Assembly: GCA_015069065.1 (NCBI GenBank)
Contig: SVJI01000003.1
Coordinates: 1 to 33,761, forward strand
Source: Oscillospiraceae bacterium
GTDB lineage: Bacteria > Bacillota > Clostridia > UMGS1883
Reading direction: 5' to 3'
DNA length: 33,761 bases
In this document: piece after piece, positions 10,624 through 17,641 of the stretch
Numbering within the stretch: position 1 is the stretch's first letter
Layout of the letters: each line of letters begins with the position of its first letter
The notes under the pieces: generated by a model
The model's database searches: none
What the model saw: the letters and a program-made list of their open reading frames with translations, nothing else
Told to the model about the DNA's origin: nothing
Program-made: the position numbers and the translations under genes

Positions 10624-10896
10624 ATGAATAAGACAGAACTCGTAGCAGCTATTGCTGCAAAAGCAGAAATTTCTAAGAAGGATGCAGAAAAGGCTCTCAA
10701 CGCTTTCGTTGGCACAGTTGAGGACGCTCTTAAGAAGGGCGAAAAGATTCAGCTCGTTGGCTTCGGTACTTTCGAAGTTAGAGAGAGAGCAGCTCGTGAG
10801 TGCATCAACCCCCAGACTAAGGCTAAGGTTAAGGTTCCTGCTTCTAAGGTTCCCGCTTTCAAGGCTGGTCAGGCTCTTAAGAACACTGTTAAATAA
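10624..10896 (+). CDS. hup: DNA-binding protein HU
   Basis: MNKTELV, IQLVGFGTFEVRERAAR and INPQT...VPAFKAG; AGGAGG RBS. Confidence 0.97.
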   Translation: MNKTELVAAIAAKAEISKKDAEKALNAFVGTVEDALKKGEKIQLVGFGTFEVRERAARECINPQTKAKVKVPASKVPAFKAGQALKNTVK

Positions 10897-10899
10897 GTT

Positions 10900-10956
10900 A
10901 ATTAACATAATAAAACAGGGTATCCAATTTGGATACCCTGTTTTATTATGTTAATT
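10900..10956. terminator. Bidirectional intrinsic terminator (perfect 28-bp inverted repeat)
   Basis: AATTAACATAATAAAACAGGGTATCCAA-T-TTGGATACCCTGTTTTATTATGTTAATT between convergent genes. Confidence 0.85.
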
Positions 10957-10988
10957 TTAAATATCAAAGTTCAGTTGTGTGCAGAGGA

Positions 10989-11483
10989 TTAAAAGTTTAC
11001 CACGTTCCACATCTGCAGCGGAAAACAACCCAAAGCAAGCACTGCAATAAAAGCTATGCATACGCCAACGAATACATTTTTAATAATTTTGCTGTCAAAC
11101 TTACTGCGGATTTTAAGTGCGTAGTAAATCTGAGCCATAACGAAAGCAAATGCCAGTGCGATATAGTTTATCGGATAAGCTCTGTTATCATTAACGAAGA
11201 TAAGAACTGTCGTACTGAAAAATACAAAGATGCACATTGCACAGTAAAGGAAGAAATCCTTCTTCTCCTTATATGCACTCCATGCGGCGCAAGCCATCGC
11301 ACCACAGAGAGAGGACCATCTCAAAAGACTTATAAGAGCCACAGCACCACTCACCGTCAAAGAGGATGATGCCATTTTCTGAATAAATAAAAGCAATAAT
11401 GCGTAAGAAATCGTAACAGAGGAGAAAAAGACAGTCTTATTACTCAGACGCTCCTTATCCTGCTTGGTAAGCTTAGTTTTCAT
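10989..11483 (-). CDS. Hypothetical multi-TM membrane protein
   Basis: About five hydrophobic helices; GGAGGG RBS before the ATG. Confidence 0.75.
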   Translation of the reverse strand: MKTKLTKQDKERLSNKTVFFSSVTISYALLLLFIQKMASSSLTVSGAVALISLLRWSSLCGAMACAAWSAYKEKKDFFLYCAMCIFVFFSTTVLIFVNDNRAYPINYIALAFAFVMAQIYYALKIRSKFDSKIIKNVFVGVCIAFIAVLALGCFPLQMWNVVNF

Positions 11484-11592
11484 TTTATCCCTCCGGGTAT
11501 TTTATCTACCTGTTTATTTTACAATGCATGGGGGAAAAAGTCAATGTTTTTAATTAAAAATTCACATAATTTACTAAATATGCCGTAAATTT

Positions 11593-12642
11593 TTAGCGGT
11601 AAAATCTATCTTTTATATTCTCGAAAAAGCTGTCCATACGGCTGAAATCCATAGCTTGCACATAGTATGCTTCCAGCTCGTCATGCAGCCTTTTTGCCTT
11701 TTCTACATTGTTACAGGCGCGTGCAAGAAGCTTTTCTGCGCTGGCCAGACGTTCCTCCATAACTCCCTCGAGCGGCATTGAGTGATAAAACTTCAGGCAG
11801 TCTGTACGCGCCCCTGATGAAAATGGGAGAAAATTGTTCTCCGTTACCACGGCAAGACTCTTTTCAGGGAAAATAAGGTGGTCGGTTTTCTGGGGAATGA
11901 TTGAGCATGGGCAGTGGATAAAATCACTTCCGCTCAGCTTCGCTGCGTCATAAATACGGCTTAATATATAGCTTGATGCTCCGCCCCAATTGTCCTCAAG
12001 GATATAAATTTTATCGGCAAAGGCATTGGGAGTTTTGGAAAATAGCTTGATTTCCCCCACACTGACCGCACTGAGTAGCCGATGCTTTTCAGCTGAAAAC
12101 TTTCCGTCATCAAGCTTTTTAACTATTTTCTTAATAAATTCAGCGGCAGCATCTTTGTTGATATAGTTTTCTGAGTAACGGATATTTTCCTGAAGAAGTG
12201 ACGCTGCTGCCTTTATATATGCGCCTGCACCCATGTGAAGGTCAGAGATACTCTGACTCAGCTTTTTTATCTTATCTTTATTTTTATACAGCTTATCAGT
12301 ATCCCACAGGTCACCTGTGTAAATAATATGGTGGAGCGCCCCCGGGACAGAGGGGTCCTGTATATGCGGAGCGGTTCCGTCCATCATGGCAAAATTTGCA
12401 GTAAGGTCAATCAAAGCATCCAGAGAACTGGGGTCTGATGCGCAGGGGATAATTTCAAGCATATGTCCCCTCTCCTGTGCGAAAGCGGCAACACGCTTCA
12501 TCAGAGAGGATTTACCGCTGCCCGGTCCTCCTTTTAAAATAAGCAGCTGCATGGAGTCTGATTGCTCCTGCAGCTGCTTAAAGTAAGAAACAAAACCCAT
12601 ATTTGAATTAGCACCGAGAAAAAAGTTTGATTTGTAATTCAT
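11593..12642 (-). CDS. P-loop ATPase (PRK06851-like)
   Basis: FFLGANS.GF.SYF, Walker A LKGGPGSGKSS, CASDPSSLD, DGTAPH and HDELEAYYVQAMDF; AAGGAGG RBS supports ATG 12642. Confidence 0.85.
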   Translation of the reverse strand: MNYKSNFFLGANSNMGFVSYFKQLQEQSDSMQLLILKGGPGSGKSSLMKRVAAFAQERGHMLEIIPCASDPSSLDALIDLTANFAMMDGTAPHIQDPSVPGALHHIIYTGDLWDTDKLYKNKDKIKKLSQSISDLHMGAGAYIKAAASLLQENIRYSENYINKDAAAEFIKKIVKKLDDGKFSAEKHRLLSAVSVGEIKLFSKTPNAFADKIYILEDNWGGASSYILSRIYDAAKLSGSDFIHCPCSIIPQKTDHLIFPEKSLAVVTENNFLPFSSGARTDCLKFYHSMPLEGVMEERLASAEKLLARACNNVEKAKRLHDELEAYYVQAMDFSRMDSFFENIKDRFYR

Positions 12643-12693
12643 TATATTCAGCCTCCTTGTCACATTTATTATATGCAAAAGGCTGCTTTTAAG

Positions 12694-13107
12694 TTATTTT
12701 TCTATTGTAACTGTAGAAGTTTCCTTGTCCCAGTTAACTGTTGCACCGAGTCCCTTTTCAAGAACAACGTTATTTACCAGTGTTCTGTCTGTGGAAAGAA
12801 TGGGTGCATTGTCCAGAAGAACCTCTTCATCATTTAAAAACATCTTATTGTTTCCAATCTGGATTGTTGTCAGAACATCGCCGCAGCTTGTAAATATTGT
12901 CTGGGTTTCACCCTGCCAGTTTACAATCGCTCCAAGCTTTTCTGCAACAAAACGAAGCGGAATCATAACGGTTTCTCCGTCAAGAACAGGCTGGCGGTCA
13001 AATTCTACAGCCTCGCCGTTTACCAGGACCTTAATATCTGCTGCAAGTGATGCAGTTGCGGTGAAAATCATCACCATAGCAAGTAATAATGTTACTACCT
13101 TTTTCAT
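12694..13107 (-). CDS. Secreted copper-amine-oxidase N-terminal ('stalk') domain protein
   Basis: Signal peptide; IKVLVNG..VEFD..P, MIPLRFVAEKLGA.VNW and final VNWDKETSTVTI motifs. Confidence 0.88.
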   Translation of the reverse strand: MKKVVTLLLAMVMIFTATASLAADIKVLVNGEAVEFDRQPVLDGETVMIPLRFVAEKLGAIVNWQGETQTIFTSCGDVLTTIQIGNNKMFLNDEEVLLDNAPILSTDRTLVNNVVLEKGLGATVNWDKETSTVTIEK

Positions 13108-14957
13108 ATTCCATCTACCTCCGTAATTTTATCTTTCTCGGGCTTTGTTTGTTCGTTTTTGGGATTTTCCTGCGAAGTGTCGGTATCCATGCTGTCATTT
13201 TTTAAATTTTCAGAATCAGCCATGATAGCTGAAACATCTGCATCAATGCTGTAAAACTCGCGTCCGTTTTCACTGTTTACGTACCATACAACCTTTCCGT
13301 TAGAAACCACAGGCTTACAGCTTGAAGAAAGTCTGCCGCTGACAGAGTATGTTTTTCCGAGCTGATTTCCCTCGCTGTCTGCTATTGCATAGCACAATGT
13401 GTTACTGTCCTCGCTGTAATCGTTAAAGCGCTGCCATAATACCATGAATTTTGAATCGGGCAGCTTAACGAGGTAGGGAACACTGCCACTTGAGCCTACT
13501 CCTGTGTAACGTGCCAGACAGGTGTGGCGCTGCTCCCATGTGTTCTTGTCTGTCCAAAGGAGGTATATATCGCGGTTTTCGCGGTCTATGCCCTCAATAT
13601 TAACATTACTGTAGCCTGTTGCGAGGGCGTGGTCAATTGTGTTCATCGAAACCAGATAACCCTCAGGCGAAACCTCAAAACCGCCTATCATTGCGCCTGT
13701 GCAGTTGGCACCTGCAGGACCGCCTACATTAAATATGCTTTGAGTATAAAGTACCTTTCCGCTAAAGTCAAGCTCCTGCAAAAAAGCTCCGCGCAGCGGT
13801 GCGGCATCAGAGAAGTTAGCGGTTATGAGCCTGCCGTCGTCAATGCGTACAAATTCACGCAGAGCGTGACTTGTGTGGTTGTATTGGAATTTTGACAGGA
13901 TATTAACCGGTTTCCATGAGGTCTTGTCTATTATAACTGTCAGCTGTGTTTGCGGGCGGGAGCCGTTTTCATCAGCATACTGACTGCGTGATGTATGGAG
14001 TACAAGATACCTCTCATCCTCAAACATTTCTCCTCCCGATGCGTCAAACGGAACAGCGGTTTTGCAGTTGTTTATTGAAACCTCACTGATTTTTACAAAG
14101 CTTTTATCGTAAATTGCGATTTTTATAACCTCGCGCGAATTATCCTCCAGCAAATTTTCCTGTCCGAATGCAATGTAGTTATAATCCTTGCCGACATAAA
14201 GTCCGCCAAAGAGCGGAAGCTCCTTTTTAATTGCAAAGGAGGAAAGGTGATTAAAGGATGAATCGTAATTTTCTATGTTTATATGCTCGGAAACTTCTAC
14301 CGCAGTAAAGGAGCCGTCACTGTTTGGTATAAGATGTGACGTTGCCGCCTTTCCCCACCTGTCAAAGGTTTGGCTTTTTGTTATCACAGAATCATCTGCA
14401 TCCAGAACGTGGTAGGAATTAACCTTGCTGATTGACGGAACATAAACTCCATCACGGTAAACATTTACCGTGCGGGCAGCTTCATCCCATACATATGTTC
14501 CGCACTGCTTTGCCAGATCGTCGGAGTATATACAGGTAAAACCGCCTATATTAAAGCTTTCAAGCACGGCAGTGTTAAAAACTGTCTTTATATCTGTGTA
14601 CAAAACGTCCATTACAGGAGTTCCCACAGGGAGAGAGGACACACTGTTTTCAAAGTGGAAATAACCGCGCCCGCCTGTTTGATAAATATCGCTGCCGGCT
14701 ATTGTGAGCATACGGTTGGAATCGTCGTAGTTTACACCGAAGGATAGCCCCATGGCGTTAAGGTTTTCCACGACAATAGCTGTTCGTCCGTTTATGTTAA
14801 AGGACGGAACCTGTATGCCGTCAATATATGTTACAATATCGGTGCTGAGAACTTTCCCCACAACATCACCCACATTTGCGGAGAAAACCGCGTGGCTTGA
14901 CAGTGTTAAAATGGAGGCAAGCGCACTGCATAGTATTTTTTTTGTTTTATTATTCAT
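13104..14957 (-). CDS. Secreted/surface protein with two N-terminal stalk-like repeats
   Basis: Signal peptide after AAGGAGG RBS (ATG 14957); repeats VLSTDI..SFNINGRT..YDDSNR and VLYTDI..SFNIGGFT..WDEAAR; beta-rich C-terminal region. Confidence 0.75.
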   Translation of the reverse strand: MNNKTKKILCSALASILTLSSHAVFSANVGDVVGKVLSTDIVTYIDGIQVPSFNINGRTAIVVENLNAMGLSFGVNYDDSNRMLTIAGSDIYQTGGRGYFHFENSVSSLPVGTPVMDVLYTDIKTVFNTAVLESFNIGGFTCIYSDDLAKQCGTYVWDEAARTVNVYRDGVYVPSISKVNSYHVLDADDSVITKSQTFDRWGKAATSHLIPNSDGSFTAVEVSEHINIENYDSSFNHLSSFAIKKELPLFGGLYVGKDYNYIAFGQENLLEDNSREVIKIAIYDKSFVKISEVSINNCKTAVPFDASGGEMFEDERYLVLHTSRSQYADENGSRPQTQLTVIIDKTSWKPVNILSKFQYNHTSHALREFVRIDDGRLITANFSDAAPLRGAFLQELDFSGKVLYTQSIFNVGGPAGANCTGAMIGGFEVSPEGYLVSMNTIDHALATGYSNVNIEGIDRENRDIYLLWTDKNTWEQRHTCLARYTGVGSSGSVPYLVKLPDSKFMVLWQRFNDYSEDSNTLCYAIADSEGNQLGKTYSVSGRLSSSCKPVVSNGKVVWYVNSENGREFYSIDADVSAIMADSENLKNDSMDTDTSQENPKNEQTKPEKDKITEVDGI

Positions 14958-15012
14958 TTTATCCTCCTTTTTCGGGGACAGAATCTTTTCTACAGAACAA
15001 AAGTCCAGAAAT

Positions 15013-15041
15013 ATTGTAACATAACGTACGATATTATTCAA
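15013..15041 (-). promoter_or_regulatory. Sigma-A type promoter for the 14957 gene
   Basis: Minus strand TTGAAT-17 bp-TACAAT with extended -10 TG, just outside the transposon left end. Confidence 0.65.
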
Positions 15042-15084
15042 CAATTTTAAAGAAAATTTAAAAAGTTTAGGACACATCGCGTTC

Positions 15085-15092
15085 AACTCTTC
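15085..15092 (+). repeat. Left 8-bp target-site duplication AACTCTTC
   Basis: Identical to 25991-25998; each copy directly abuts a terminal inverted repeat. Confidence 0.9.
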
Positions 15093-15140
15093 CCCATAAC
15101 TCTTAATTTTTGTGGAATGGAAGAAAATGTTGAGATTACA
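15093..15140 (+). repeat. Left terminal inverted repeat
   Basis: CCCATAACTCTTAATTTTTGTGG...ATGTTGAGATTACA; ungapped 35/48 identity to the reverse complement of 25943-25990. Confidence 0.88.
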
Positions 15141-15212
15141 CACAAAAATTGATTTAAGGTGTTGCGAAAATCAGCAGAGTTCGTTGGTGTGCTGAAAATA
15201 TTTTTTGTCGGC

Positions 15213-15288
15213 TTTTTATATAGCCGATGTCAAGTCTTTTATAACAAAGACGAAAAGTTTTATAAAATTATCAAACTTTTTTATAAAA
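15213..15288. repeat. Left subterminal array of TTTTATA(AAA) motifs
   Basis: Four cores with TATA at 15217, 15240, 15261 and 15282 (spacing 23, 21, 21). Confidence 0.75.
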
Positions 15289-15320
15289 CGGCATCTGTCC
15301 ATCCAAATTTGTGTCTTCTA

Positions 15321-15373
15321 TTGAAATCATGCCCCTTTTACGCTATAATATAAGAAAAGTAGCGTAAAGGGGC
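15321..15373 (+). promoter_or_regulatory. Transposase promoter overlapped by an inverted repeat
   Basis: TTGAAA-17 bp-TATAAT (15321-15349); arms GCCCCTTTTACGCTA (15331-15345) and TAGCGTAAAGGGGC (15360-15373). Confidence 0.75.
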
Positions 15374-15401
15374 GTTTGTCATAAGTATAAAGAAAAAAGC
15401 A

Positions 15402-17033
15402 TTGGAATTACGGGCGAAACAACAACGGCAAGCCGAGCTTGATGAAATTGCCGAGAGGCTGACACCCGAAGAGATTGAAAGACTAATTTCGGTCTATGAG
15501 AAAAAGACGGGAAGAAAGGCACTAAATCCAGCACCACAGCCTGACAAATTTGTGCAGTTCTTGAAACGGCAGGATTTTCACATGCTCTGCCCGTTCTGTA
15601 AAGGCAGAAATTATTATTCGCACAGCAATCCTCTTAGTCGGGATATTAGATTTTATTGTAATGATTGTAAAAAGGCATTCTCACCTTTTATAGGGACATT
15701 GGTTCAAGGGTCAGGGCTCTCTTGGGATGCATGGGTTGAATTGGTGCGTTGTACTTTGGAAAATAAGTCACTTGTAGCAACCAAACATCTACTTGAAGCT
15801 GATTATGGTGTATCTATGAACCAACAAACAATACTATCATACCGCCACAAAATACAAAAGGCAATCACCCTGACATTCCCGATGCCAAAGCTTTCGGGAG
15901 TAGTACAGGTTGATGAAACTTACTTTCGGGAGGGGCAAAAAGGCTCAAGAAGCCTTGTAAATGTTGCACCCACCGCCATTGACAAGAGAGAGGCACGCCT
16001 GCATACAAAATCACATCCAGGGAAAATGGGTATCAATGGTTCAGAATATTCCTGCATTGTTACTGGATATGAGAGTTCATCGGGAGGTGGAGGTCATATA
16101 GCAGCCGTGATGACAGGCCTTGGCAAAAGTTCCTCACAGCCTTTTGAAGATTATTTTGCAGACTACCTTGGTGATGTTACCTTTTTATGTAGTGACGGGT
16201 TTGAGGCATATAGCAGATACGCCGACAAACACGCTATTCCGCATTATGTGCAGATGTCTGAGGCAAGGTCAATAATTAAGAAAGAAATGCAGGATTATAA
16301 AGAACGCTATAAAACCGCAACAACAGCCGAAGCAGTAAGGGAAAGGCTTTATGGAACAAGACAGCTTGACTATATAGACAATTATAGCAATCTGAATTAT
16401 AAGCAGTTTGTAGAATTAAAAGTGGCAAAAGGTTTAACCTTAGATAATATTGACAACTACCACGCCGAGTTGAAACTTCGTATTAATAAAGAATTAAGGG
16501 GTGTTTCAACTGTTTATCTGCCTTTATATATAGGTTTTAGGGTATTTATACATAATTGGCGGGTAGACCACAATGACACCCCACCATCTTCAAGGGCTGA
16601 TGCTGAACAAATTTTTACTGCTTTACTTATGGCAGGTGATAATTATGTAAGCCGCAAAGATTTTGAGGGACTGTCAATTCTTGATTTTAATAGACCTGCA
16701 ACTAAATATATAAATCACCTGAAAAAATCACTTGATGAAATCCGCAGACAATCGGGAATAAAAGGTTTTACCTTTGATGATAATGACAGATTACTGACCT
16801 TTAATAAAAGAAAATATTTTGAAGATACACCAATGGCAAGATTAAAAGAAATCAGTAAGCAGTATCATATAAAAGGATATACTAAAATGACGGCGTATCA
16901 ACTGGCACGGGAAATTTGCAAGTTGCCCGAAGTTAATGACATTTTCCTGCGGCTTGTGGCAGCGGACGCCGTCCACTCACACTATATAGATGATTTAGCG
17001 GAATTGCTAAAAAAAGAAGAACAGGGAATTTAA
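15402..17033 (+). CDS. IS1595-family transposase, atypically long, with C-terminal Rho_N/HeH-like module
   Basis: Zn ribbon CPFC..CNDC followed by KAFS..GT; LSGVVQVDETYF, FLCSDGFEAY and NIDNYHAELK..RGVSTVYLPLY motifs; C-terminal ARLKEISKQYHIKGYTKMT. TTG start with no clear RBS. Confidence 0.88.
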   Translation: MELRAKQQRQAELDEIAERLTPEEIERLISVYEKKTGRKALNPAPQPDKFVQFLKRQDFHMLCPFCKGRNYYSHSNPLSRDIRFYCNDCKKAFSPFIGTLVQGSGLSWDAWVELVRCTLENKSLVATKHLLEADYGVSMNQQTILSYRHKIQKAITLTFPMPKLSGVVQVDETYFREGQKGSRSLVNVAPTAIDKREARLHTKSHPGKMGINGSEYSCIVTGYESSSGGGGHIAAVMTGLGKSSSQPFEDYFADYLGDVTFLCSDGFEAYSRYADKHAIPHYVQMSEARSIIKKEMQDYKERYKTATTAEAVRERLYGTRQLDYIDNYSNLNYKQFVELKVAKGLTLDNIDNYHAELKLRINKELRGVSTVYLPLYIGFRVFIHNWRVDHNDTPPSSRADAEQIFTALLMAGDNYVSRKDFEGLSILDFNRPATKYINHLKKSLDEIRRQSGIKGFTFDDNDRLLTFNKRKYFEDTPMARLKEISKQYHIKGYTKMTAYQLAREICKLPEVNDIFLRLVAADAVHSHYIDDLAELLKKEEQGI

Positions 17034-17348
17034 AATTCGCTGAATGACGGCATTCCCCGAAAATTCAAAAAGTGTTTGTCTAAAAGTGTTTGAAAATCGG
17101 CGAATAATGACCGAACCGCCGTTTTTGATGTTTTTTTGCCTGCTTTTTCATAAAAATTTAAAGATATCAGAGGTTAGAATTCCAAAAAAGTTAAAAAGTG
17201 TTTGACAGTTTTTTCAGCGTGGTTTTTTCTTCAACCAATACAGATAGTGTTTCCGGCACCGGAAGATGTGCCGATATGCAAATAAGGTTATCTCTAAACA
17301 GAGGTAGCCTTTATTTTTTGTGCAAAAGTGAAAAAATCATAATTTTTA

Positions 17349-17377
17349 TTGTAATTACGGCAGCATTGTGGTATAAT
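17349..17377 (+). promoter_or_regulatory. Sigma-A type promoter for the cargo SLH gene leader
   Basis: TTGTAA-17 bp-TATAAT with extended -10 TG. Confidence 0.75.
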
Positions 17378-17383
17378 ATGTAA

Positions 17384-17589
17384 GCTACAACTTTTAATTT
17401 TTAAAACACAATTTAATATTTTACTTGCGTGAGGAGTACACTACTGTAAAAAGTGTACACTCTTGTTTCTCATACCCTTATGCAAGTAAGTTGTGTTATG
17501 AATTAAAAGTGTGTAGCAACCTTTTGAAACAGAGTCACTGCATTTTTTGGTGTGTGGCTCTTCTTTCGGGGGGAGCTACACATTTTTTT
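17384..17589 (+). ncRNA. Putative structured leader RNA/attenuator (or sRNA)
   Basis: Starts at the predicted +1; long imperfect hairpin 17384-17517; ends in an intrinsic terminator with competing pairings. No family recognised. Confidence 0.6.
17551..17589 (+). terminator. Intrinsic terminator within the SLH gene leader
   Basis: TGTGTGGCTCTTCT-TTCG-GGGGGAGCTACACA stem (with G-U pairs) followed by T7, 52 nt before ATG 17642. Confidence 0.75.
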
Positions 17590-17641
17590 AATTCTTGAAA
17601 AATTAAAGTGTAAATATTTTATATAAAGGAGTTCAAGAAAA

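Noticed and set aside
14958-15143. N-terminal extension of the 679-aa ORF
   Set aside because: It crosses the gene's own promoter and the transposon left end; RBS and signal peptide indicate ATG 14957.
15159-15353. Short ORFs in transposon non-coding regions (also 17198-17383 and 17503-17775)
   Set aside because: No RBS, and they overlap repeat arrays, promoters or the antisense strand of the SLH gene.
17384-17589. T-box or c-di-GMP riboswitch assignment
   Set aside because: No TGGNACC T-box or c-di-GMP consensus could be seen, so it is left unassigned.
15402-17640. RNA-guided nuclease (TnpB/IscB) with adjacent guide RNA
   Set aside because: Motifs fit an IS1595 DDE transposase with an N-terminal Zn ribbon rather than RuvC; the structured RNA has its own promoter and leads into the cargo gene.
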